DNA of 64,000 bases from Carcharhinus longimanus (Eukaryota). The DNA lies in contig JASCQW010000119.1 in assembly GCA_030264375.1 (NCBI GenBank), forward strand, positions 9,563,659 to 9,627,658. Reading direction: 5' to 3'. The position numbers and the translations under genes are program-made. The notes beneath the pieces were generated by a model. The model ran no database searches. It was not told the DNA's origin and was given only the letters and a program-made list of their open reading frames with translations. This document shows positions 39,165 to 52,800 of the stretch, piece by piece. How positions within the stretch are numbered: the first letter of the stretch is position 1; every line of letters begins with the position of its first letter.

Positions 39165-41400
39165 AATAAAAGACAGAAAATCTCAGCAAGTCTGTCAGCA
39201 TCTGTAAGGAGAGAGAAGAAAAATAAACAGACGTTTGGAGTCCAGGTCCCTTGTCAAAGGTAAAATGCTTACAAAATGGGAATTGCATATACTGCAGGGT
39301 GAAGGAATATATAGGCACAAAACAGGAGGAAAGGCTGGTAATGGAAGTCTGTGGTAAATTAGAAGATGTAGTTGACCAAACGAAAAAAAAAATTGAAATC
39401 AGAGAGTTACGTGTGGCAGATGATGATTTATGGACTGGAGGGTGTAAAGTTGAAAATATGGTGAAAAAGGAAGCAAAAGGGGAGGAAATATACGGAAAGA
39501 GGGGATGAGGGGCTTGGAGAGGGAATTGTAGCCTGGAGAAAAATGAAGATAGGCAATAATGAAGGAAAAGTAAGGAACAGTTAAAATAAAAAAAAAAAGG
39601 TTTCGAGATGGGGTAAAGCCAATCATCAGAAGTTGCTGAACGCTGTCATGTGGCGAGCTGGAAGGTGTGAGCTGTTTATTTCTTTTCCCCTGAATGTGTT
39701 GAGCTTCACTTGAACATTGCAGCAGATCAATGACAGATATGTGGGCATGGGAGGAAGATTCCGCGTGAAAATGTGAAGTCAGAGTTATGATTGCGCATAG
39801 GCCAAATGTGCTCAGATGAGTTATCACCCAGTCTACGTTAAGTTTCTCCGATATGGAGGAGACAAGATGAGAAGCAGTGTCTGTAATCGGCCAATTTGAT
39901 GAAGCTGCAAGCCATGCTGCAACTTGAATGAGTAGTTTGAAACTTGGATGATAAGTATTGAAGGGGTAAAGGGGCAGGCATTGTAGCTTTAGTGATTCAA
40001 TGGGAAAGTACCATGGGTAATGGGAGAGTTGTTATTTCTCGTGGAGGACTGAGTTAGGGTATTTTTGATGGAACAATATCTGTGGAATTGTGATAGAGGG
40101 AGTGAAGTGAAGGCGCGTTTGATGGTGGCATCACACTAGGTTAGGCAAAAATGGTGGAGGATTATGTTTTGCATGTAGCAGTTGGTTGGGTGAAATGCAA
40201 GAACAATGGGGAATTTAGCGTTGTATTGGGAGGCAGGGGAGGGGTTGAGGGTCGGAGCGCAGGAAATGGATCGCCTGCTGTTGAGAACCCTGTCGAGCAC
40301 TGTATTGGGAAGCCATGGTTGCGGAAGGAGCATATATCAGATGCATCACTTTGGAAATTGACATCGGCTGGACAAATGCGACAGATGCCAAGGAGCTGAG
40401 GGAAAGGGTTATGGAGTATTCAGAAGATAAAAGATGCAATGAATGTGGTCCAGATTTCTCCGGGTGTGATTGGGCTTTTAACGACTATTGGTTAAAAGAG
40501 TGTTGGCAGAAATGGAGACAGAAATGCGAAGGAAGGGAAGACATGGGTCTGAGATGAACCAGGTGAAGGTGCTAGATGGGTGGAAACTGGGAGGAAAGTT
40601 GATTCCCCCCCCCGCCCCCCGCCCCAGCAACGGATGAGAGCATGAATCCGCACCGAAATAGTAACTGATACACTTTTAAAGGAGTTGTGGGAGCGGAGGC
40701 CTGAAACAAGCAATGTTTCCCGCAACCCATGAGAAAAAAAAGACTAACATTGCTGGGACCTAACAGGTCCGCATATCTTCGCCTTTGATTTGGACAAAAT
40801 CAGTTACAGGAGAAGTTCTTCAGAGAAAAATGAGTTCGGCCAGGTGGAGAAGACTGGTTTTGGATGAGAATTGTTCAGGATTGCTTTTCAAAAAAAAAGG
40901 AGAAAAACCCTCAAGTGATCGTGGTGTGGGATGGAGGTGAAGAATGATTACGCACCGATGGTGAGTAGGAGGCGCTTAGGGCCTGCAAACTGGAAGCTGT
41001 CAATATGATGTACAACATCCGATGAATTTAAGATGTAGGTAGGGAGGGAATGGACCAGTGGAGTGAGGATGCGTCCAAGACAAGAGGAAATTAGTTTCGT
41101 GGGAAGGAACATGCTGGCACAAATGGCCTACCAGAACAGTCCTGTTTTGTGGATTTTCGGAAGTACGTAGGAACAGGCAGTCCAGGATTGAGCGAATATG
41201 AGGTTGAACGCTGTGGGGGGAGGGCAGCCGGAGGAAGTGTTGTTGGTCACGGCGTTGCAGATAATAGCTTGATGTTCAGTGGTGTGATCATGGTCCAGGG
41301 GAATGCAAAATGAAGTATTTGAGAGTTGGCGCTCAGCTTCTGCGAAATGGTGGTCAGCTGACAACAGCACTCCCTGATATGCAGCAAACGTGTATATACA
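39165..41400 (-). mobile_element. Penelope-like element (RT + GIY-YIG) with pLTR end
   Basis: YVLPKIHK (~41150-41180), PIVLAFHP, LHIGET-like GIY-YIG at ~39830-39880, and terminal CAGATGCTGACAGACTTGCTGAG. Confidence 0.8.
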
Positions 41401-41529
41401 TTTCCCAGTTAATGAGGAAGGAAAATTGAATTTTGGCATTCGATGCTAAAGTAACGTAGGAAGAAAGTGGTTGAGTTTTGCAGGAAAAATTAGATACAAT
41501 TACGAGCAGCGCACGTGGAGAATTGTGCA

Positions 41530-41760
41530 CATTTTTTGGTGATCGTACTTGTTATTATGTAATTGTATTAGATGCATTTCAGAGAAGGCTCACCAGAATG
41601 AATTTCAGAGATGGCTGAAGTGTTTATTAGCGATAGTTTGAGCCTTCTAACCCTCCAGTTTAGTAGTGAGGGACAATGTGATCGGGACATATCAAATTCT
41701 AAGGTGTATTAGAGGGTTTATGCAGAGAGGATTTGTCCTCTTGAAAGAATTCCATCGATC
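41530..41760 (+). mobile_element. Old CR1 fragment
   Basis: QRRLTRM..RDNVIGTYQILR. Confidence 0.6.
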
Positions 41761-43499
41761 TCGAAACACATGGTGTAGTGTTCTTCGACCAAACACACGT
41801 GTTCTTCGACCAAACGTTAGCTATTCATTGTTGCATCTTCACCTGTCTGGCAGTGCAAACGTTTGACGACCAATGTTGTTGATAGAGTGAAGAGTATGGC
41901 GTAACTAGAAACTCATATACCGCAAAAAAAAACCTTCGTGTTTTCCTGGCATTCCACAAACTAAGTGATTGATTGCATTTCTATAAAACGACAGATGTTC
42001 GTTATTGTCTCAGTGGATTCTGCAGATTGACTTATAATTGTACGGTTGTTACCAGATTGCTAGCAAGACAATCAACTATGTGACAGTAATATTTCGTTCA
42101 ACTCCTTAACCAGTGTAATTTTCAAGCTTCTCCATCTCCTCCACTGTCATCCTAATCGCGTTTCCTCCTAAACATCAGCGGATAAAGTGTCTGTCCTAAG
42201 TCTACGTTCTGTAGCACTTCGAAGATGAGTATGCAAGGAGCGCAGAATGTTATCAATTTAACACTGATATTTCAATAGCATTTTTTAAGCAGTGAAATGA
42301 TGAGAAGAACTCAATTATGTTGCCACCAGTCACTATTGTACTAATCGCTTAGTTAATCGGCTGATTGAATTTAGTGCCATCGTTGAAGCAGGCAGGGGAT
42401 ACTTCCACTGCCTGCACAGAACCGTTTGCTGAAAGAAACCACAAGCAGAGGACTCTGGAGAATCGAGACAGACTTCTGGAGCTCCAGAATGAGTAATCAA
42501 AGTGACAGGCATATGGCAGAAGAGAAAACATTGAGTGGGTTTCAGGAGTGTGAATTGCATTTTTTTGGCACAGCATTCCCCAAATATAAATTATATCATG
42601 CTCAATGTATCTCTTACGATCCTAGAAAGCTGCAACAAATGGCTAAATTCGCACACATGCGCAGTCAAACACACACACGGGCACACACACACGCACACAC
42701 ATTTGAAGGGATGAGAAACTGATAATTTGCACCAATTCCTTACCAGATATTTGGAATGTAAACAGGGGTGCATAGTATTAACTTACGAAACGCGGGATGG
42801 ATTTGACCTGCACGTCATAGCAAAAATCGTTGGGTTATGCATGTATTTCCGAAAATAATGTGGAAATATTGACAATGTTTTCCAGCGATGTGGATTAAAA
42901 GGAGAGCCGAAAAAGGTGCACAAATTCGTAAAGGGTTAGAAGACATGTACTATTAACATAATTTGCAGCAGAATCGTTTCAGAAGGCTTGCGACAATTTT
43001 AGCTCGCGATTCAAAAAAAAACGCAGCTGAACTACTGAAGAGATAATTTTCCCTATATGTGGCTGACTCACGCTGTCTAATGTCAATATAGCATGTGGGC
43101 ATCCACCAGATGCATAGTTATCGCTGACAGATGACTTCAAAAAAGATGTGGGGTTGTGAAAAAGCACAAATAGTTTTAAACAATATTCCCACAACTTCCT
43201 TGGCATGGTGATCAGCAGCGTATTTTATCTCCAAAAATGCAATTTCGCCCTGCTCAAAATGGGCAGAAGCTGTTTTGTGGAAATGATTCAGTCATACAGG
43301 GTGAGACTACAGAAGAAGTGTTATTTGTGGGCCAATGCACCAAAGTGCAAAATGAGCGGATTAAATTCCAGCATGCCGCGTTTCCACAGCATTGAGTGTG
43401 TCATTGAGGAAATCAGTTTAAGTGTCCCATTGAAAGTCAGAATGTACAATTCTGAGACACATGAATGGACTATGTGAATGTGGGTACGAACATGCTCTT

Positions 43500-44200
43500 G
43501 CAAGGGGCGGCTAACGGAGTTATGTTATATTGCTCTCCTCTCGTATCTGGTCGACAAGCGGGAGGGGAAAGGCTGCCAGCTGTGTTGGGATGTGCAATAG
43601 ATTGGAGATCAACAGGATTCGGAGTATATATTTGAGGAAGGGCCGGCACGAATAAATTTGTGGCATGAATGCGGTCAACGTGGCGGGTATGGGGGCAGAT
43701 CTGATCATGTGGTGCGACATTGGGTGGGCTATTTCGATGTTAATCGTTCCTTGAAGTCTTCATTTTGACGGGCGTTGGCTCTGACAAGTGTTTGGGTGCG
43801 GAAGAGTTTCTCGCGCCTGTTTGGGCTGTGTAGTTTGGGGGTTGGTGCACATCCAGGAGGCTGCTAGAGTCATTCACTTCTCGTGAGGTGGATCACATAA
43901 TCGGACTGCGGGATCGGTAGTGTTCGTGCATTCAGGGCAGTGGGCTGTTACGTGGCATATTTGGAAAGCGAGAAGCTTAGAGTTATTTCGATGGAAGGGA
44001 TGGGATGCTGAGTGTTATAATCGTTAGGAATATCATCGGGGCCGCGGTGCTATTTTGTCGAATGTTGGCGTTGTGGGCTGAGCACAGCATTAAGGGTTCA
44101 TTCGTGTTTGCTCTTCATGTCAGTAGGCACTTGATATTGAACTGTCTTTTTACGGATCAGGAGTCACATCGGACGAGACAGATATCAATGCCAAATTCAC
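43500..44200 (-). mobile_element. Possible degraded Penelope element
   Basis: Weak: AHNANIRQ..CPECTNT resembles AHKPTATLRQ..CKDCTKHY; GC-richer insert within copy C. Confidence 0.35.
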
Positions 44201-44261
44201 TTGTCTATTGAAGCAGCTTTTTTTTTGTATGCGTGCGTGTGGGTGCGTGGGGGTGGGGGCC

Positions 44262-44425
44262 AATCGGCAATGATTTTATGTTCATTATTAGATTTTAAAT
44301 ACACATGATTTGTTGAATTATATTTTTACCACCTGCCATCCGGGGATCGAAGACAGTTTCCAAGGCTTAATCTTGGGAGTCTGGATTCTAGTATTGTGAA
44401 AATACCACTGTGTCACTTCCTCCCT
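44262..44425 (-). mobile_element. tRNA-derived shark SINE (non-V type), 5' part
   Basis: GGGAGG..AGTGGTATT..AATCCAGA..TTCGATCCCC..GGCAGGTGGT head. Confidence 0.6.
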
Positions 44426-47400
44426 GATCGAATTACCGTTTGGTTTTCTCTGGTGATGCGCATGGTCAATTGGATTGTTGCGGAGTGGTGCATCTACTCA
44501 CTATCGCTTGGTGTGTGTGTTTAAAATAAAGGAGCAGTTTGAAACCCAAGTTTTTGCATCTGCATGGGAATAGTTGGGGGAGCCAATGTTAGAAAGCGTG
44601 TTCACTGTCAGACGGGAATACATGATTGTATTACTTCGAGATGGTGTTTGCTTGACACTTTTGTACTCCTTTCTAAGCTGGAACATGGATTTCAGACTTT
44701 TTTTTGCATCTGAAAATCGACCGCTTCACTCCCTGAGCGTTCGACATAGCATAAACTTTTAAGCTCCTTATTTGATGACGTCAACTTAAATCTCTCAGCA
44801 TTCCATGTGTAGTTTATTTACGGAAGATAAACATATTTATATCGACGAGATGTTTGGTTTTATCACTTGGTAGGTTGTTCAGCAGTGAAAGGGTAAATAC
44901 CCGAGCGCCAGATGTAGTTCAGTAATACTGGATCTAGCACCTCGTTGATGAGTTAATGATNNNNNNNNNNNNNNNNNNNNNNNNNNNNNNNNNNNNNNNN
45001 NNNNNNNNNNNNNNNNNNNNNNNNNNNNNNNNNNNNNNNNNNNNNNNNNNNNNNNNNNNNTTTCGGGTTGTTGTAATGAAGTGGATTAATGACATGATAG
45101 GGGCGCCGTATCACTTCCATTCATGCATATGGCCCTAACATGCTTTAATTCTCATGTATCAATTGCTTTCAAAATGGAAAAAAATAGCAAGGTAAATTGT
45201 ACAATGTCATTGACTAAATTAAATATCTTGTATGTAGATATCCGCAGATAACCTGCAACCCATTGGGATGTTTTCATCCATATTTTCTAGTTCTCCTTAC
45301 TGAATTGTACATTTGTTTTCAACATTTTGCCGTTTAGATATGGAAAATGCATTCCAACCTATGCTGTTCACTCATCTCCTTTAACAATAATTCCAAAAGA
45401 TGCGTTATTCGCCCAAACGTTAGCTTTTCATTGTTGGCTTAGCATTATGAGATCACGATGATGAAATATCCTGTGTTTCCTGGAAGTTACCTCAACAAAA
45501 GAACCTCCAGGGTTAAAATCGAGAAATAAACGGTTGAGTTATGGAATGAAATGGTAACGTTGGACTGAGTCTGAGATTTGCTGGTTGAAATCAAAACGAC
45601 TGGAAAAGTGTCGTCCATTACATAAGAATGTGCATAAATGTCCATTGGGTGAACCTGGGATGGGTGCACCCGGCTGGCCTGTCAGATTGTAAAAACATAT
45701 TTAAGATTGAACTCTATTTTGGAGTGATAGCATAATACATGTAATTATTGCATCTGGAGATGATTAGGTTATCATCTCTATCCAGCAATAAAAAAAACTG
45801 ATGATGTCAGATTTCACATCGAGCAACGCCAGTATGTCTACGTCGGATGAGATATCAATGAGTTATTTGATTTGTCATAATTGTTTTGGAATGGGTTATC
45901 AGGTCTAATGATTCATTCTGGAGACAATGTCAATTAAGTATTTCTAAACAGGATAACGTAACAGAAGATATCCTCATCAACGGGAAAAATCTTGAGACAT
46001 GCAATACAATTGGAAGCTAAAATTTGGTTACATGGAAAATGCACAACAAATTGAGAAATCTTTTCCACTGCACAACTTGGTATCTATACGTTCAAATGAC
46101 ACACTGCAAGTGTATTCAACGGAAATTAAGCACCAACCATCAACAACATATTAGAATAGTTTTCAACTTTTTTTTGGAAACTCATCCCAACACTTTCTCC
46201 TTCCTACATCCACGGAATTGCAACTATTGGAGTAGGTTTCGTTAACCATCACTCAAACTTGCACATATTCCAAACGGATTCTTCAGGGTTTCGACCAGAA
46301 GCTATGTCAGCTGAATTCATTTCTGATAAATGTAAAAGAGCAATCAGCAAGTGCATTTTCATAATGAGAAATGGATACATGAGCATCACCATGTATTCTG
46401 CATTGTGGAAAGTTGCGTGATTACTAGTTTGGCGTGTAGAATATGATTGTGGCAACCTGCAGGGAATATTGGAACAAAAGCTTCAGTTTTAACATATTCA
46501 TAGAGCTCAGCCCCGTTGGCCAGGCGACACAGTTCAACTTGTCCTGCGAAAATAAACAAACCAAAATCTTTGAAAATAAACTTAATAACACTATAATTTG
46601 ATAGCTCGTGTTGCTATGCATTTCATTTGTTCAGGGGTTTCGTTCCAGTAGCGACGTTCTGACGAAACTGATTACTGATATCAGGCTCGAGATGTTGAAA
46701 CTATATTTTGGTCACTCTCTGACATTATACACATTACGGAGGAGTCTAGATCAGCATCTCTAAAACGTTGATTCTATGGAAGAACAAATAACAGCAATTC
46801 GAAAAAGATAATTCTTCAATGAGTTTGACACTGTCCTATCATGGAGTTAAATAACTGTACTGAGTCCTTGAAATTTAGTAATTAGCAATGCTAGTTCAGT
46901 GGATCATACCATTAAGTTGTTTCACATATGTTAGCGACATAGGAATCCTGCAAGCAACGGCTTCGCTCGGAGCCAATTACATTTTGCATTAAAGTGAATT
47001 ATTTCTGTCGGAGTGATTTTCAGCAATGCAAATATAAAATGTTTTGCTTCTGTTTTCAAGAACATTATGGAATGTATTTGGAAAATCCATAGAACCTAAG
47101 AATGCCTCGAGTGGCAAGTGTCAAGGATTCCTGCCCGCCTCCGCGACTCCAGCGATTCTCTGGAAAAGATACTTATCCAGATCCATAGACAACCTGTTCC
47201 TGCGTCTGCGTGCTAATCCAAATTACAAAAATACTGTTGCATATTAAGGATAAGTTTAGCATAGCCAATCCATAAAGTTGCCTATTTTAGACTGGCGCCG
47301 GGGGAGGAGCGGGGGGGGGGGGGGAGGGGGGCGGGTAGGTGGTGGAAACTGGAGGACGGGAACAATTTCAGTTAGAGGTCCACGGGATGTGGAATCTCCA

Positions 47401-47862
47401 CACAGCTATTAATCGAGGCCAAAATCGAGGTTTCTGGTGTTGTGAACGAGCAATGCTAATTAATACGCCAACATCCAGGCCAAGTGGTGGAGTTTAATTT
47501 GCTCTCGAGTGATGTGACGTTGTGGGAATGTGCCTCAGAAAGCACTGGACACACATCCTGTTAAGAAATATGTTGACAACGTTGCAACACAGTTGTTTCC
47601 GCTGAGACGCAATGCTAACGCCCCTAAACACAATAACTTCGCCTCATAACATCTTAAACCTGTATGAGAAGGTGATTTAACCTTCAGTAACATTTAGTGG
47701 TTCATTAACATAAATACCTGGCATTTCTTTTAAAAACGTTTAACAATTTATATATTTACCCAAGATAAACTTTCCATGAACATGCAACATAATGAATAAA
47801 ACAATTTTCTCATGGAATGCTGTTCAACTTAATGCAATACCCATTCATTAAGCAGAAATATC

Positions 47863-48250
47863 GAACAAAGAACACCACCGCACAGGAAACAGGCCCTTCG
47901 GCCCTACAAGCCCGCGCGGCCCATTTTAGCATTCAGTGAGTGGCCCATTCCAATCCGCCTCCTACCTACGACTTCTGTCTACGCCTCTTGGACTCCACAA
48001 TAAATGGGTGCAATTTTGAGAATTATATGTGCGCCAGATTAATGGAGGTCTAATTTAGGGACAATTTGTTAACACCAATCAGCCAGAAAACACGTTTTTG
48101 GGGTGCGGGAGGAAACCGGAGCACCCGGAAAAACCCATGCAAGCACAGAGAATGTGCAAACTCCCACAGACACCGACCCAAGTTGGAGTACTGACCCGGG
48201 TCCCTGTATCTGCACAGCAAACAGTGATAGTCACTGAGCTGTAGTGTTGA
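47863..48250 (-). mobile_element. HE1-type V-SINE
   Basis: V core, HER1 tail; same subfamily as 5420-5750. Confidence 0.85.
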
Positions 48251-48663
48251 CCGTCAGTTGGTCCAGGTTAAGTGTACACTAACGACATGAAGCTGAAGGC
48301 AACTCTCGAAGCAACATCCAAGAGCTGCCCTCGGACGAACCATCGCGTCTATGCCCCTTGTTGGCCAATACGGCGGACTGAATCACCTGTGGATGTGAAA
48401 AAAAGAGACATCAATAAACATACACAGCCGATACAGACATTCACGGAAGATCCTCGGAAACTCAAACGTAAGAGACAGCTGAGCCTTAAAATATGTTGGA
48501 CGGCCCATAGGAATCTATTGATTCCCAGGAACGTCCTGAGGCTCTTGATCCTTAACTAGAACANNNNNNNNNNNNNNNNNNNNNNNNNNNNNNNNNNNNN
48601 NNNNNNNNNNNNNNNNNNNNNNNNNNNNNNNNNNNNNNNNNNNNNNNNNNNNNNNNNNNNNNN

Positions 48664-49270
48664 CCAAAATGCATCACCTTGAATTTACCTGGATTAAATT
48701 CGACCTGTCATTTCTCCGCCCAATCCACCAGCCTATTTATATCCTGCTCTATTTTCCGACACTGTTCATCACTATCAGCACGTCCAGCCATCTCCGTGTC
48801 ATCTGCAAGCTTGCTGATCACACCAGTTACTCCCTCTTCCAAATCATTTATATATATTACAAATAACAGATGTCCCAGTACGGAGCCCTGAGGCACACCA
48901 CTAGTCACAGACCTCAGGCTAGAAAAAGGCCCTTCCACTATTCCCTCTGTCTCCTGTTGCCAAGCCAGTGCTCAATCCATCTAGCCATCTGTCCTTGTAT
49001 CCCATGAGCCTTAACCTTTTGTCAGCAACCTACCATGAGGGACTTTGTCAATCACCTTACTGAAATCCATATAGACAACATCCACGGCTCGTCCTTCGTC
49101 AACCGTTTTTGTTGCCTCTTCAAAAAAAAACCTATCAGATTCGTAAGGCACGACCTCCCCTTTACAAAGCCATGTTGCTTGTCACTAATCAGATTGCTAT
49201 ATTTTAAATGAGCATACATCCTATCTCTAAGAATCCTCTCTAACAACTTCCCTACCACTGACGTCAAGTG
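48664..49270 (-). mobile_element. CR1 LINE RT fragment
   Basis: SGVPQGSVLG..YINDL..KLADDT; QHGFVKGRSCLTNL. Confidence 0.93.
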
Positions 49271-49299
49271 AAGTAATGCAATTCCACCTCTTTCATTAA

Positions 49300-49800
49300 A
49301 TATAACCTTATTTTTTTCTTTTACTTTTGAAAACTTTAGAGTTCTCCATGAATTTTCTCTGTCTCTGCGCTCCATTTGAATTGATATATTTCACTGGATC
49401 GATGGTGTGATGGATATATTTAGCTGATAGACTGGAGTGCTGATCTCTCGCTCCCGACTTGAAAGGTGGCATTTGTTCGCCACAGTTTCCTCTTGCACTC
49501 ACTTTTATACTTTGATAACCCATCAACGTTCCTTCAACATCATTGGTCTGAAATGTTCAACATCATCAAATTCTGTTCTTAAAGTTTCTTGGTAACTCAT
49601 TTCTTGTTTTAAATTTATTGGGCAAGATAAAAAAAGTCAAGTTTCTCAAGCTTATTACCAAGGCCATCATGTTTTCTGGCCTCGGATTTGGATACAGATG
49701 TCTGAGTCCTAGGCATTGTACGCACTTTGCATTTAAACCTCCAATCAATGAAAACAACACCAGTTTTTAAAGGGACCGCATAATCTTTTGTCTTTCCAGC
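49300..49800 (-). pseudogene. SLC9C1: SLC9C1-like pseudogene fragment E
   Basis: LIGGLNAKCVQCLGL..LRNLTFFIL vs TWGGLRGAVGLALAL..IVVLTLVIN. FKSG..TIDPV vs LKSD..ISDPY. ENSWRTLKF matches EESVWKMCKF of copy B. Confidence 0.62.
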
Positions 49801-49899
49801 ATTTTATTTACATCCATTCTATCTTTACAACTATAAATTCCATCACATTCCACTTAAGTAAAGAAGAAACATCATCATGAAAGGGTGGCTACGTTATTT

Positions 49900-52800
49900 A
49901 AACCCTCGATGACGTCCCCATTATCGTATTTTTAAGAACCAAAAAAAAAACCTTCACCTCATAATAGCTTGAAAGTGTGTGAGGTGAAATGCCCTTCAGT
50001 GGTTTTAATGGATTATTAATAGAAACTCCTGATAGTGCATCAAAATGTACATTCAACTTTGTTTTTATTTAACTAGCATGGACATTGAACTAAACAAGTA
50101 ACATAGTAAACAAAACAGTATTATAATTGCATGCTGTTCAAATAAATACAATACCCATTTGTTTAGCAAAAATATCAGAAAAAAAATACGTCAACTAAAT
50201 AGTTATAGCATCAGGCTCCAACGAAGTGACCTGAAGATTTTGTCCTTAAATCTTTTCAAAATTGAAAGTATCAGCATTGATGTACACAGTCGTCTCCGAT
50301 ACACTGTTTTAAAACATTTTAGGGCCACTATTAAACTCAGTAACATTTTTCAAGAGTGGATTTTTTATCAGCTGGCTGTGGGGTTTTTTTATCGAAAAAT
50401 AGCCAATTGGCCTTGCAAGTCCACAATCATCCATATGTAACAACATGGCTCAAAACCTACATCGCTGGCGTTGATGGCGAATTTTAAATCTTTCAGGATT
50501 TCGGACGTGTCAAAAAGACGTGTGATGTCTAATACAGTTTGATAATCCTCAAATGCATTGTTCAGCCCACCGTAGCGCTCATTTTATTAATGAAATAAGT
50601 ATTCTTCTATGACCGTCACCTTCGTGTTTCTCAGTTTCACCCATCAGTATCAAATGTTGTTTCCTAAGAATGTCACTCCTGCCTTCGCATATTCTACCTC
50701 TGCCAAATTCAGGTCAAACTTTGACTTCCACTGTCTCTCGAAGAGATCTTTCCAAGAACCGTTAAATATGACGACGTCATTTACTGTACAGTCACTCAAT
50801 CCTTAACGAACTCTCTTCATAGTCTTTGACCTGTGGTTGTTGTGTTTTTGTTGTTGTTGTTCACTGCAACGTCACTACTTTAAACCGATATAGCCAATTT
50901 CGGGTTAAAAAAAAACAGTTCTTTTTTTGTTTTCTTTCGACAATGTAACTTGTAGTAACCGTGAGGTAAGCCCAACATCGTGATATATGTGACTTGTCCT
51001 ACACTTTTTGCATAAAATCATCCAAACGTGGAATTAGGAACGACCTGTTTTAGTCAATGTGTCGATCTTTCAATAAGCTATACAGAATTGTAAACTATCA
51101 CAAGGTTTGGGACACAGCACCATCGTTGAAATTCACTTGCTTTGATTTGGCACGGCATTGTCTTCTTCCCGCATTGCTTCCTCTTCTTTCTGATCCTATG
51201 CTGCTTTGAACGAGTTAAGCAGAATGAGTTGTTTTTTTTTTTAATCAGAAGAACACTCCCTATATCAACCTTATGCAAGATGGCGTTCGTCCCCCCCACT
51301 ATTATTCTGCCTAGGTCCGCACCGCACTATATCTATTTTTTTTCACTTCAGTGCTGTGTTCCTGAGATCGATATCTCAATACACTTCTGTTATTTACCTT
51401 CAGTTTAAGTGCATCCGAATCCACATCATCAGGATTTAATTGCTCACTCCCAAAGACAGTAACACATGACGGTTTCTCTGGTTTTAGCGTGCTTGCATAG
51501 CACCCCCTATTTTTGTTTCTTGTCTGCCATCAAAGCCAGTTAATTTACCTGAATTAAGTTTTTTTTTCAATCAGACAAGGATCACTTATCTCGTCTTGAA
51601 TGCGTCTAATACCAGTGCTAACTGCAGCAATATTTCGTTTGCACCTGAATATTTCCGATTTTTATATTTGACATCTGTTTGTTGCATCATTAGATGCTGT
51701 GCCATCTGCAAATGTTGCTTAGCTAATTCACCTACTCTGAGTAATTTTTACTTCTCAACTCAGGCTCATAATCCAACTGTGAAATTTCTCAGTTCGGATC
51801 TACTTTTTTTTTCCCCTTAATTAATTGTAAAGGACATCTGACTTCATGTCTGTACATCAACTTAAATAGAGTAAACTGAGCCCATTAATTTGAAGCACCT
51901 CTAATACCAAATAAAATAAATCCCAATCTGTTTGGTCATCATGAACATACACCCTCAATGCGGTCTTTGGCGTCTGATGCCACCTTTCCAATGCTCCCTG
52001 CCAATCAGAATGGTAAACATTTGCGGTAAATTGATTGATGCCTAAGCTATCCACGACCTAGTAAACAATTTGGCAGTAAAACTCGACTCTTGGTCTGATT
52101 AAATTTCACTGAGTAATGCACATAGTGCAAAAAGAAAACAAACAGCTTCTCCACATCTTAAAAAAATTCTTGATATCTGGTTAATGAATTGCCTTGGGAA
52201 ATCTGAGAGACACACCCGCTTAAGTTAACAGATATTGCTTTCAAGTTTTCATTTTTGAAGGAACCATTGGAAAAAAGTTCTTCAAATGCAGGAATTCTTG
52301 TCAACCCTTTGTGATCAACGCCTTTGGTTTTACTGCAATCTAAAACATACACAAGGTACGGCAAATTTCCGCCAAATCTAGGTGTAATCGTGGGCAATAA
52401 AATTCTTCTGCATCTTAGCGTGAGTCTTCAACATATTTAATGATCTCCTACAGGTAATTTGTACACCACTCACAATACGTTCTGCCTGTATTCTAACGAC
52501 ATCACAATCTGGTTAGTTTCCACCCATTCCTAATTTGCACAAATCCGCTAAGGTCTCAATTTCTGCCATAACGTTTTCTCCTTATGTTATTATCTGTCTG
52601 AGATACAAGCTGATTTATTTCCTGCACAGACTTTCTACTATAAATCCTTTGCAGCCAGTCTGTATAATGTAAATGAGTTTAATTTTCTTGACTGAGCACG
52701 TTTACTTAATGCTCGACTTGCTTATATTTTCTTTTCCCCCTTACCACCTCATCAAACAAAGTGAGAGTTAACTGAACCATAATTCCTCCATCTTTCGGTG

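Larger units (their letters stand above)
36900..42750 (-). pseudogene. SLC9C1: SLC9C1-like pseudogene copy G, interrupted by Penelope and CR1
   Basis: QFTLLKPTQCFLF (42520-42557) vs human NQLLLKPTQWLLF. SKSLFSTQFQ..SVLGNP (38540-38675). LCIVTLSKLF (38110-38140, pre-S1). MLRFMQTVSMKHNTFCHG (37055-37109) vs INFIQEKAKVVTFDCG. Confidence 0.75.
42980..47285 (-). pseudogene. SLC9C1: SLC9C1-like pseudogene copy C (NHE start to CNBD)
   Basis: MDLDKYLFQRI (47154-47186) vs FDMDTYMLQKL. CRLANGA (46510-46530). TFPVVLIS..YFSILTLEVLLLR (45491-45610). AQGVKRSIF and SRLTVNTLSNI (44585-44745). ELYILTFNGTLKL (43414-43455) vs GIYIIISGMVKL. PRKLWE (~43190). Confidence 0.83.

Noticed and set aside
41779-41816. 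16-bp direct repeat TGTTCTTCGACCAAAC x2
   Set aside because: Only two units with a 5-nt spacer; a local slippage duplication, not CRISPR-like.
42388-42415. 12-bp hairpin GCAGGCAGGGGA-TACT-TCCACTGCCTGC
   Set aside because: A single imperfect stem within pseudogene G, plausible by chance, with no RNA-gene context.
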